The position numbers and the translations under genes are program-made. Below, piece after piece: positions 1 to 8,262 of a stretch of 64,000 nt of DNA. A model generated the notes under the pieces. The model saw nothing but the letters and a program-made list of their open reading frames with translations, was not told where the DNA came from and did no database searches. The stretch comes from a virus, in the IMG/VR virus record IMGVR_UViG_3300015050_001142, positions 1-64,000 of that record; one strand, given 5' to 3'. Within the stretch, counting starts at the first letter, position 1. Every line of letters starts with the position of its first letter.

Positions 1-202
1 CAACTCTTGCATTACGTATATCAAATACACCATGTTCTCCAATGTGTTGCCAACAATTACCACTGGCTGTAAATACATCTCCAGTTCTTGAATTAGTTGG
101 TGGCGTACCAAAATGATCAAAGTTAGAATATGCCCATTTTTTGTCTGATGTTTGTTGGTGTTGTATCATAAAAAAGATATAACTACCATCGTTTCTTAGC
201 AT
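1..202 (-). CDS. hypothetical protein, runs off the window edge (MLRNDGSYIFF...)
   Basis: ATG at 202 just downstream of the MazG-like gene; frame stays open to position 1 (hand translation). Confidence 0.6.
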   Translation of the reverse strand, partial: MLRNDGSYIFFMIQHQQTSDKKWAYSNFDHFGTPPTNSRTGDVFTASGNCWQHIGEHGVFDIRNARV

Positions 203-203
203 A

Positions 204-758
204 TTAATAAGATTTACCACCATGCATATACGCCCTGGTTTTATTGTACTTTAATTTCCACTCAACATGTTGAACAATATCGATCTGGTACCATTCGCAG
301 AATTTAACGATCGCTGATAATGCATATCCCCAATCTTTACCTGGATGAAGTTCTGTTTTCTCTTCAAAAGCAAGAAGAATGTACCAGTTCAATCGCAATA
401 CATCATGACCGAAGTTCTGCAGAGATTCTTTATCATAATTTTTCTCAAATAATTCCCAGGCAAATCCATATGCACAATCGAGTAATCGAATTACTGTATC
501 AGCCATTTCATCTTCAACAGTATCCTTACACCATTTCTCGAATACTCCCAAGAAGAAATCTCCTTGATTATGGGCTACAGGATTATATTCTTTATCATAT
601 CGTTTCTTTTTACGATCGGATTCAACCGCTTCACTTAACTCAGTGATGATAAGCATTACTGCCTCACCTTTGTTACGACCTTCAGGCCAGAAACCTTTAG
701 ATGTATTTGTCTCGAAAATATCCCGTTGAAAGGATAAAAGTTTATGGAATGTATTCAT
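204..758 (-). CDS. MazG-like nucleotide pyrophosphohydrolase (NTP-PPase)
   Basis: LIITELSEAVE...EDEMADTVIRLLD and C-terminal KLKYNKTRAYMHGGK, typical of phage MazG-like proteins. Confidence 0.85.
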   Translation of the reverse strand: MNTFHKLLSFQRDIFETNTSKGFWPEGRNKGEAVMLIITELSEAVESDRKKKRYDKEYNPVAHNQGDFFLGVFEKWCKDTVEDEMADTVIRLLDCAYGFAWELFEKNYDKESLQNFGHDVLRLNWYILLAFEEKTELHPGKDWGYALSAIVKFCEWYQIDIVQHVEWKLKYNKTRAYMHGGKSY

Positions 759-770
759 GATTTTAGATTT

Positions 771-802
771 AAAAAGCCTCTTACAATATGCAAGAGGCTT
801 TT
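771..802. terminator. bidirectional intrinsic terminator-like hairpin
   Basis: AAAAGCCTCTT-N9-AAGAGGCTTTT inverted repeat with A/T tails on both sides. Confidence 0.6.
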
Positions 803-826
803 ATTTACTTGTGCCGATCGACAGGA

Positions 827-955
827 TTATCCTTCGTTAACGGCGTCTTCATTTACGGTTTCTTCTGTAGTAGTTGTTTCTTCTGTTGGTTGTGTTTCTT
901 CAACAGGTGGTACAAATTCTTCAGTTTCTTCCGGTTTTACATTTGGATCTAACAT
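827..955 (-). CDS. 42 aa highly acidic peptide (not in ORF track)
   Basis: Hand translation MLDPNVKPEETEEFVPPVEETQPTEETTTTEETVNEDAVNEG*; fills the gap between flanking genes. Confidence 0.6.
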   Translation of the reverse strand: MLDPNVKPEETEEFVPPVEETQPTEETTTTEETVNEDAVNEG

Positions 956-981
956 GATCAGACTGGATTGTTAATGCCCAG

Positions 982-1791
982 TTATTTTAATAATCCTTCT
1001 TTGATAAGGATTAATTTTAATTTTTCCGTAAGTTCTTCGATCGTACCATCATTATTAACAATATAATCAAATTCAGCATTATCGAGAGATGTTTCTGAAG
1101 CATGAAGAGTGCCAATCATAGCATGTCCGTGTCTGCTTTTGAGCTGTAACATTTCAGTAGAAGCACGATTGATACGGATAGTAATGCCTTCACAATCTTT
1201 CACTGCTTTTAACTCATTGGGAAAACGAGTATCAGTAATGATCCAATTAGGCCATTGAAAATTACTAGCCCAATGTGTTGGATTTTCTCTTAAAGTACCA
1301 TCAAGATTATGCGTATATGTACCAGATTGTTGTGCTTTAGCTACATACCCATTCATCAACGCATTTACCCAGGCATTCTCATGCAAGCCATTTCTGATTG
1401 CATCTGTACCGAGCTTCTGCAAGAATTCACGGCCAGTCATTGACTTTGTTTCATAGATTACATCTTTACCATCCCAATCTTCAAGAAGTGTACCCCACTG
1501 TGCAGGTAACTTCATCTGTTTGAATTCATCAGTGTAAAGAAACTCTTCATCCATACCTAATAGTATGGCAGCAACTTTACGTAATGGTCCAGCCCATTTT
1601 TTGATCTGCCAAGGAGAACTACCTGACCAATTAGGAAATTCATTTCGCATTGAATTCCATTTCTCAAATGTATCAATAGAAATGCCATCAAAATTCTTAC
1701 GACAATCTTTATCAGTATTAGTGAGAAATTGTATGATAGATCCACATAAATCTTTACCACTACCGATGTAACCACTAAGGGATATTATCAT
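982..1791 (-). CDS. deoxynucleoside monophosphate kinase
   Basis: P-loop SGYIGSGKD, REFLQKLGTDAIRN, ITDTRFPNE, HASETSLD. Confidence 0.9.
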   Translation of the reverse strand: MIISLSGYIGSGKDLCGSIIQFLTNTDKDCRKNFDGISIDTFEKWNSMRNEFPNWSGSSPWQIKKWAGPLRKVAAILLGMDEEFLYTDEFKQMKLPAQWGTLLEDWDGKDVIYETKSMTGREFLQKLGTDAIRNGLHENAWVNALMNGYVAKAQQSGTYTHNLDGTLRENPTHWASNFQWPNWIITDTRFPNELKAVKDCEGITIRINRASTEMLQLKSRHGHAMIGTLHASETSLDNAEFDYIVNNDGTIEELTEKLKLILIKEGLLK

Positions 1792-2048
1792 TCGTTAACG
1801 AATTGTGCTCGATAAGTTACAATGAACCTGAGCTTGTTAATAGTAAATACTTTCTTTTTACTGTTGAGTACTTCCTTCAAAAGATCAATGTAAAGATTTG
1901 TAGCTGAAATAGCACCATTCATAGTTTTTTCTGAAGAGAGTATAGTACCAAAATCTTCTCCGCCTGGAGTAATTCCCACTGGCCATTCTCCATTGAATAG
2001 AAAGTATTGATAGTCTACCTCGCGGTAGCAAATGAAAAACTGATTCAT
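1788..2048 (-). CDS. hypothetical protein
   Basis: ATGA overlap with the dNMP kinase gene; tight gene packing. Confidence 0.55.
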   Translation of the reverse strand: MNQFFICYREVDYQYFLFNGEWPVGITPGGEDFGTILSSEKTMNGAISATNLYIDLLKEVLNSKKKVFTINKLRFIVTYRAQFVNE

Positions 2049-2548
2049 TATTCAAGATTAAAAAGATGAAACACAAATCCACGGATATCTTTCTTACCAG
2101 ATTTAACAGCAAGTTCAGCATATGTAGCTGCAGCTGTTGCGATCTCTAATTTAAGATCAGCTGGAAGATTGCTCATTGATAGTGGTGCTGCCTGTCCCAT
2201 AGTACGGGTATCAACTAGGAATTCCCTGTTCTCTTGAAAATACTTCAGATCCTTAAGTTCAGTGGCACGGCGATCATCTGATGTCTTACGGTACTGGCCA
2301 AACTCGCAGATAATAGCTTTAATGCTTTCTTCTGTACCTTCTTCAGCAATCCAGTTATATAGACCGTCAGCACGTTTAATAATACGATTAGTTTTCTGAA
2401 GAAAACCGCCGAGCTTGAAATCAGCACCAGCTTCATTGAGTTGCTTATAGATATCGAATGGTACACTAGGTTTTGCCACTTCTAATAATACCTTAGCATA
2501 CTTATCAATTGTTTCAGGTTTTAAACTACCTGCTTTTTCTGTTGCCAT
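2048..2548 (-). CDS. hypothetical protein (likely start MATEKAG at 2548)
   Basis: ORF 2048..2620; the internal ATG avoids a long overlap with the upstream gene. Confidence 0.65.
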   Translation of the reverse strand: MATEKAGSLKPETIDKYAKVLLEVAKPSVPFDIYKQLNEAGADFKLGGFLQKTNRIIKRADGLYNWIAEEGTEESIKAIICEFGQYRKTSDDRRATELKDLKYFQENREFLVDTRTMGQAAPLSMSNLPADLKLEIATAAATYAELAVKSGKKDIRGFVFHLFNLE

Positions 2549-2900
2549 TTTGTTGTTTTGATTTATGATGTTGAATAAAATCGTTTGACCACTTAAATAC
2601 ATTAGGATTAGTTCCTGCATTCTCTAAATGGGTTTGGTATATACCAGGTTCTCTTGCACCGCGAGGAAATTTACAAGAATTATTCATGAATTGTAATGCT
2701 CCAATACAAGGAGAATTTATAGCAGCTTTTGTAAGATCAGTTTTACCTTCATCATCATCATAATCAATAGCCATATGACATGGCATGATATGATATTCCA
2801 TTGGCTTAAGAAATTCCTCTGGTTGATGTGATAAAGTACCTAAATATCCCGGTGCGCTTTCTTTCCGGAATGGACATTCCTTACAAGGTTTTTTACACAT
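2526..2900 (-). CDS. Cys-rich DUF6283-like protein
   Basis: KPCKECPFRK...PCH...CIGALQF pattern. Confidence 0.65.
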   Translation of the reverse strand: MCKKPCKECPFRKESAPGYLGTLSHQPEEFLKPMEYHIMPCHMAIDYDDDEGKTDLTKAAINSPCIGALQFMNNSCKFPRGAREPGIYQTHLENAGTNPNVFKWSNDFIQHHKSKQQNGNRKSR

Positions 2901-2915
2901 AGTTATTAATTTAAA

Positions 2916-3171
2916 AAGTACCAGGTAGAGAGTTTTACACTCTCATCAGTCTTTATGTCTTGGATAGGACCGTTGGTGATCTATCCCAGGATTGTACTGT
3001 ACTATGTTATACAAAAGTAAATTGCGTCACCTGAATCGAGCTACTTAAAGCACAAACGTTGTTTCCTTTACTGTATAAGTATAATTGTTCGAGTTCCACG
3101 CTGATTACAGTTGGTCTACTTATGCTACACAGCATGTTCAACTATTGCCTTACGGCGAGTACCTGGTACTT
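2916..3171 (-). ncRNA. candidate structured RNA with tRNA-like closing domain
   Basis: 12 bp terminal inverted repeat AAGTACCAGGTA/TACCTGGTACTT, with a T-arm-like hairpin GAGAG-TGTAAAA-CTCTC next to the 3' strand; no ORF. Confidence 0.55.
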
Positions 3172-3173
3172 AA

Positions 3174-3953
3174 TTATTGTATGAGATTGTCTAATGGGAA
3201 TTGATTTCCTACATCATCGATCAATCTGGTTTTAAGCATTGGTTTATCTGAATGATTAGTACTTACAACAAATTGAATTTTATCCCAACCAAAATCAGAT
3301 CCATCAATAAAATAAGAAGATGGACAATCGGTAGATGATATAATTCCATTCCATGTAGAGAGTACTTTACTAAAGAAATCATATAATACATGAGCATCAT
3401 ATTTGCCATACAATCGTTCAGCCAAATTATAACCATAACGATATGCATTCTGAATTCGAGATTGATATACTTCTTTTTGATTCAGCAATTTCTTTGGGTA
3501 CTTGTTAATGAATTGAAACCAATATTCAGATAATACATTTTCAAGATTATAAGCATTGTCAATATATTTCTGATAAGGAATACCAATATCATGAATTGGA
3601 AATTGAGTATACTCTTCAGTAATTGCTTCTAAACATTGCCCTTGTGTATCTTCAAAGAATGTATATTGTCGATTACCTCTACGATATTCAAATACATCAA
3701 ATCCACAGGCGTTATGATACATCCATACTCTAATACCTGATGCTACCATTTCACCATAGATGTTACACATATTCTTATCTCTAAAATATCGCAACTTATC
3801 TTCAAACCAATGTTCAAATACGTCATGAAATATTCCTGAAGGTTCCCAAAATGCGTTGAACGGTGCATTAGCATTAAATGTTTCTATATGTGTAAAGCCA
3901 GTATCACCAGTTGAATCATCCTCAAATTTCTTAAGGGTTACAACGTATTTCAT
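3174..3953 (-). CDS. hypothetical protein (HDxxEH motif, possibly metal-binding)
   Basis: 259 aa ORF containing IFHDVFEHWFE. Confidence 0.7.
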   Translation of the reverse strand: MKYVVTLKKFEDDSTGDTGFTHIETFNANAPFNAFWEPSGIFHDVFEHWFEDKLRYFRDKNMCNIYGEMVASGIRVWMYHNACGFDVFEYRRGNRQYTFFEDTQGQCLEAITEEYTQFPIHDIGIPYQKYIDNAYNLENVLSEYWFQFINKYPKKLLNQKEVYQSRIQNAYRYGYNLAERLYGKYDAHVLYDFFSKVLSTWNGIISSTDCPSSYFIDGSDFGWDKIQFVVSTNHSDKPMLKTRLIDDVGNQFPLDNLIQ

Positions 3954-3957
3954 GAAA

Positions 3958-4266
3958 TTAATTTAAGATCTCATCTTCTGTGAGATAGTTACATAATTGA
4001 GTTGAATATTTGGGAAGGTACTTTTTAAGCGATTGCATAGTACCTGAAGTGAAACTGGCACTTGGATTAACTTGTAAGTATTGAGCAAGCTGAGATAAAT
4101 ACATTGAATCACCTTTAGTAAATCCAACTCCATTCTCAATCAAAGTGGTACCTGCATCTTGTTCCAATTCTTCCTGTTTCTCATACAGTTTAAGTAAACA
4201 CTTAATTCTGAATTCAGGATCAGATAAGATGCGAGCTTCGATGATTAATTTCTTTTCAGTATTCAT
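3958..4266 (-). CDS. phage hypothetical protein
   Basis: LYEKQ...EQ...T..ENGVGF..KYSTQL pattern resembling other phage small proteins. Confidence 0.7.
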   Translation of the reverse strand: MNTEKKLIIEARILSDPEFRIKCLLKLYEKQEELEQDAGTTLIENGVGFTKGDSMYLSQLAQYLQVNPSASFTSGTMQSLKKYLPKYSTQLCNYLTEDEILN

Positions 4267-4934
4267 CTGCGTTTAGGTTTTTTAAGATCGTCTTCTTCCT
4301 TCACTGCTAGCTCCATTGGATTCTTTAAACCGGCTTTCTTTAAACGATCTCTGATCTCACAATAATTTGCAAGCTTGATCATATGTTGTCGATTAGCTTC
4401 CTGGAATATTTCATCAGGATCAGGGTCCCATGTACCGGATTTATCATTTTTAGCCCAAGGACTAATGTGAAAGGTAATGGCGGGCATCTTGTCAATTTTA
4501 CCCCAACCATATTCCATAACAGCTTTTACCATCTTAGGATACTTTTCAAAGTGATCACCGCCCCATATTTCCAGTAATGTACAATCTCCCCAGGTTGGAT
4601 GTTCAATTACACCTACAGCTTTACGGTACTGTACCAGATCATAATCACTCCATCCTTCAAAACCACTACCATTATGTTTGAATCCTTGGCCCATGAAACA
4701 TTTACGGCTGTTACGTGGAGTAAATGTATCAATATTGTATTCTCCTTTCTTTGGATAAACACGATAGATTTCAATTTCTTGTTTAAGCATTTCAATTGCT
4801 TGGCGCTTAGTAGTACGTAAGATTTTATCATGTATTGCTGGACCAGTTATTGGTTCAGTTGGTAGGATTGATTTGATTAACTCATCTCTTTTTATTCCTT
4901 CTGGAGTACTATCTTTAAAATGAATTGATGGCAT
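4263..4934 (-). CDS. hypothetical protein
   Basis: 223 aa ORF, ATGA overlap with the next gene. Confidence 0.7.
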   Translation of the reverse strand: MPSIHFKDSTPEGIKRDELIKSILPTEPITGPAIHDKILRTTKRQAIEMLKQEIEIYRVYPKKGEYNIDTFTPRNSRKCFMGQGFKHNGSGFEGWSDYDLVQYRKAVGVIEHPTWGDCTLLEIWGGDHFEKYPKMVKAVMEYGWGKIDKMPAITFHISPWAKNDKSGTWDPDPDEIFQEANRQHMIKLANYCEIRDRLKKAGLKNPMELAVKEEDDLKKPKRR

Positions 4935-4946
4935 ATACTTTGAATT

Positions 4947-5171
4947 TTAAGTTTTTGTTTTGCGGGTAATTATCTCTGTACAATAAATGTATAACCAACC
5001 CAATAGATAAATGATAAATGCTATTGGAGTAAATACCCACAGAAGAATGTTGACTATAATGTTTTTTACAGTATAAGATTTTATTGGTTTGAACATGTGC
5101 ATACAACCAATACATTCTTTTACAGGGTTGTCATTGCCGCAATCAGGACATGGTTCGTGTTTTATTTTCAT
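4947..5171 (-). CDS. small Zn-ribbon plus transmembrane protein
   Basis: CPDC/CIGC pair followed by a hydrophobic segment. Confidence 0.55.
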   Translation of the reverse strand: MKIKHEPCPDCGNDNPVKECIGCMHMFKPIKSYTVKNIIVNILLWVFTPIAFIIYLLGWLYIYCTEIITRKTKT

Positions 5172-5254
5172 ATTAAGGGATTTAAAGTAAAAAGGAGCCA
5201 GATGAGAACATCAGCTCCGTAACTATTAACTGCTTATGTGGGAAGAGATTGCTT

Positions 5255-5333
5255 TGCAAAGAGAGATGGAATCGAACCACCGTACACCGAATATTACTAT
5301 CCGAGAGCTTACCGCTTGCTACTTTATCTCTCT
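5255..5333 (-). tRNA. degenerate tRNA-like element (possibly Tyr/GTA-derived)
   Basis: Minus strand: AGAGAGA/TCTCTTT acceptor-like stem and T arm GGTGG-TTCGATT-CCATC; D and anticodon arms are irregular. Confidence 0.45.
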
Positions 5334-5490
5334 ACCAATACTTAACGTTGCCAGCAACCCTAAAATCGCTTAAATTTGGAACTGGCAGATGTTTTTCCCT
5401 GCTTATTAAGTATTCCCTCTCAATCGTTTTTCTCCCTCTGAGGTTATGGGATAGATCTCCAATTGTCATGAAGACATATGATGATCAGTG

Positions 5491-5562
5491 TGATGAGACT
5501 GGGGATCGAACCCAGGACATACGCATTTGAAGTACGTTATTCTACCTCTGAATTATCTCATC
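5491..5562 (-). tRNA. tRNA with UCA anticodon (opal suppressor type)
   Basis: Full cloverleaf: GATGAGA/TCTCATC acceptor, ATTC-AGAGGTA-GAAT D arm, ACGTA-CTTCAAA-TGCGT anticodon arm, 5 nt variable loop, CTGGG-TTCGATC-CCCAG T arm, discriminator A, no encoded CCA. Confidence 0.9.
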
Positions 5563-5567
5563 AGTAT

Positions 5568-5719
5568 TCTACTAAGATACAAAATGCCTCTTATTTTTAA
5601 TGACCATGCAAAGAGTATCATGCTGCCATTTCTCGGCTCCCAATTTAATGGTACTGTAGTGGGGATTAGGTCAATCTCACCCCTCAAGTGGTATCTCAAC
5701 CAATTTTGTACTTAGTAGA
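5568..5719 (-). ncRNA. candidate structured RNA
   Basis: Ends pair on the minus strand (TCTACTAAG-TACAAAAT with ATTTTGTA-T-CTTAGTAGA); non-coding gap between the PTH2-like gene and the tRNA. Confidence 0.4.
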
Positions 5720-5724
5720 ATTAT

Positions 5725-6042
5725 TTACTCAAGCATTGGTAAGCTTGAAAAGATATTATGCTTATCTGTACAACAACTCATTGCTGTTTTTTGATTACCA
5801 ATACTAGGTTCCCTAAATGCAAATGATGCGATTGATCTTTGTGCGAGTTTTCTTTGCCATAACTTAATAGCATCCTCATTGGGTACCAGTAATAAAACTT
5901 TTGTATGCACTTCGGGTAAATCGTTAACACCATTTTTATAAAAGTAATTATCGCACCATAATTCAACCGCATGACATGCTTGTACAGCTCTCTGAGCATT
6001 ACTAAGATCCTGTCTGACCAAGATATACAGTTTCGGGGGCAT
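5725..6042 (-). CDS. PTH2-like peptidyl-tRNA hydrolase domain protein
   Basis: KLYILVRQDL...AVQACHAV...KVLLLV.NE...FREP.IGNQKTA. Confidence 0.75.
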   Translation of the reverse strand: MPPKLYILVRQDLSNAQRAVQACHAVELWCDNYFYKNGVNDLPEVHTKVLLLVPNEDAIKLWQRKLAQRSIASFAFREPSIGNQKTAMSCCTDKHNIFSSLPMLE

Positions 6043-6388
6043 AGCGTTTCAGGATTTCTTGTAAATATTGAGGGTTAATCTTTTCTGCTTGTTTGAGTGT
6101 AACTGCTGGCAGAAGCTTTGTATAACCACCATACTTGGTACGGAATTGATTATACGCGATGTACATATGCCTGAGATCTACTTTATTGATCTCAACCATA
6201 CGTGTTGCATCAGACGATTCTAACTTACGCAAACCAGTACCAAAGTTTACAGTCTTACGGTTTAATTTAATACAGGTTTGCTCTTCTGAGAGCCTTTTAA
6301 TGTCAGATTTGAATCTGTCTTTCTGCTGTTTGTACGCTTTCTGTGCAGCTAATACTTCTGGAGATAATTGTTGTTGATTAGTTTCCAT
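6002..6388 (-). CDS. phage hypothetical protein (RH..IAY motif)
   Basis: DLRHMYIAYNQFR; overlaps the PTH2-like gene. Confidence 0.65.
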   Translation of the reverse strand: METNQQQLSPEVLAAQKAYKQQKDRFKSDIKRLSEEQTCIKLNRKTVNFGTGLRKLESSDATRMVEINKVDLRHMYIAYNQFRTKYGGYTKLLPAVTLKQAEKINPQYLQEILKRYAPETVYLGQTGS

Positions 6389-6523
6389 GTTTGGAGATTT
6401 AGTTGTTCAAATAATAAATGATCGATTAGATTGAACATCATGGAGAACCTCTTGTTGATACTCATTTCATAGTGTAAGAGTTTTTGATGATCAAATGTAA
6501 GAAGTTGAATTGAATTAAACAAA

Positions 6524-6718
6524 AATGATAGCCTATCCACGTTATAGGATTACGGCTGGGTGGTATACCGGTCTCCCCGTCTTTTCAGGTCTCCGCACCT
6601 GCAAGGTCCTGCTATCAAGAAAATAAAAAGAACCAGATCCCTGGTTTTTAGAGCATTGCCAGCACTGGCTTTAGCATCCCAGCCAGGTAACGTCCTCTGG
6701 GCCTTGTCACTGATTCTT
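6524..6718 (-). ncRNA. two adjacent candidate structured RNAs
   Basis: GC-rich non-coding segment with closing stems AAGAATCAG/CTGGTTCTT and TGATAGC/GCTATCA plus internal hairpins. Confidence 0.35.
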
Positions 6719-6753
6719 CCAAAATTGTTGTATTTTTATTAAAATTATCGAAT

Positions 6754-7758
6754 ATGCCTGATCTAATCAAATTCGGTTCAACCGATAAAGCTGCAATACA
6801 GGATATCAAAACTAAGCTTAATGCATCAGGCAAATATGGTAAAATTGATGTAACCAATCCAGTATTTGATTTCGGTACTCTTGAAATTGTTAAACAATTC
6901 CAGAAAGATAATGGGCTTAAACCAGATGGTATTGTAGGCCCACTTACTCAAGCGAAATTGAATGCTCCAAAGAGTTGGGCAGTACCTGCAGATAAGCCGG
7001 TTAAGGCTTCTACTGATAATACACGAGTGGCTAAAGAATTGCATCCAGAAATGGCTACAAGCAATGATCAAACCGCTATTGGTAAAATATTAGCCGATGG
7101 TTTGCGTAAAGCAACACCTTTTGTGCCCAACAACGTTGGTAACTGGGCGCGAAAGAAAATGGGAATATCAACAGCCATGAATAATAATTCTATTAAGAAA
7201 ATGGATAAAGCGGCTCTTTACAAAATGGTTGATAATGCTATTAAACGTACTGGTAAATTATCAGGTACTACTGAATATGAAGATTACGAAACTACCCCTA
7301 ATGCAAAGAAAAAGATTATAGAAATTAAAAAGGGAAATCTTAATCCGTTGATTGGTGCTTATCTTGGCACTGTAGACCCAGCTTATAATATGGCTACAAC
7401 AGTAGGTAGAGGAAGTTACACTAAAGATCCTGTCACTGGTAATATTAAGTATACTGATAACTATGATTTCAAAAATAATTTTACGCAAGATTCTACTACC
7501 GGTAAATTGAAAGCCGGGTATATGAAAAATCGTGATGATTTTTATGGAATTGAACGTAGGAAACTTGCTGAAGAAGCTAACACAGAATCTCAAAGCAAAC
7601 GCCCCCCTGCACCGAACAAGATTCGTTTTGATCTATCTCCTAAAGATACAATAGGGTACCAAAAATTTCTTGATTCAAGGGGTGATATTGCTGGTTTATC
7701 ATCTAACAAATCTGCAGCGCGATCTCTTTACGATCGATATCATAAGAAGAGTAAATAA
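6754..7758 (+). CDS. peptidoglycan-binding domain protein with a virion/cargo-like C-terminal region
   Basis: N-terminal PG_binding_1-like motif (FDFGTLEIVKQFQKDNGLKPDGIVGPLT) closely matches the N-terminus of the endolysin at 23589. Confidence 0.8.
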   Translation: MPDLIKFGSTDKAAIQDIKTKLNASGKYGKIDVTNPVFDFGTLEIVKQFQKDNGLKPDGIVGPLTQAKLNAPKSWAVPADKPVKASTDNTRVAKELHPEMATSNDQTAIGKILADGLRKATPFVPNNVGNWARKKMGISTAMNNNSIKKMDKAALYKMVDNAIKRTGKLSGTTEYEDYETTPNAKKKIIEIKKGNLNPLIGAYLGTVDPAYNMATTVGRGSYTKDPVTGNIKYTDNYDFKNNFTQDSTTGKLKAGYMKNRDDFYGIERRKLAEEANTESQSKRPPAPNKIRFDLSPKDTIGYQKFLDSRGDIAGLSSNKSAARSLYDRYHKKSK

Positions 7759-7881
7759 GATGATAATCATCGATGGCATGATAATCACAAATAACCATAC
7801 GTTTAACGCTTCATAGGTTGTATGTAATTGAGCTGCCCAAAATTGTAGTGCTTCAACGCACCAATAGAACACTTTGTTCAT
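7699..7881 (-). CDS. small membrane protein
   Basis: TYEALNVWLFVII followed by a hydrophobic helix. Confidence 0.6.
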   Translation of the reverse strand: MNKVFYWCVEALQFWAAQLHTTYEALNVWLFVIIMPSMIIILFTLLMISIVKRSRCRFVR

Positions 7882-7903
7882 ATACTTGAATTTAGTAAAA
7901 AAT

Positions 7904-8256
7904 AAGATTGATTATAAGCCTCAGAAGTACGCTTCAGCCCAATGGCATCACCGTTTCGACCACGTTCTCTGATCAAGAGTTTTGTGCGGTACTTTATAAT
8001 CAATCTCTGCTCCCGGAAGAATATCACTACTCAACCGGGAATTCGTTGTGATGCGCCTACCTGCATTCACATTAAGACCGCAGGACAGTTTATGAAGATT
8101 TCTCTTCTCATGTTAGGCCGTTGTCAACGAAGGGTTTAGTAACCTCTGAAAATCACCAAGACCTAATTTAATCTCTCGATAAAAATGAGGCCAGGGTAGA
8201 AACTCCGGCCGTGATCTTTAAACGTTTGTATGGTCCTTATTTACTATCGAGGAGAT
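7904..8256 (-). ncRNA. cluster of structured intergenic elements
   Basis: 13 bp closing stem AGATTGATTATAA/TTATAATCAATCT (about 7904-8006), the repeated 30 nt hairpin at 8011-8040, and further hairpins. Confidence 0.45.
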
Positions 8257-8262
8257 AGTTAT

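Noticed and set aside
5430-5490. Theta (HDV-like) ribozyme 3' of the suppressor tRNA
   Set aside because: The downstream sequence does not start with G and shows no nested double-pseudoknot pairing by eye.
5491-5562. tRNA-Sec
   Set aside because: It has a 7 bp acceptor stem and 5 nt variable loop, without the long variable arm and extended acceptor stem of tRNA-Sec.
7904-8006. Hammerhead ribozyme (GAAAC and CTGAAGC present)
   Set aside because: The core CUGANGA is not matched and stems I/III cannot be formed convincingly.
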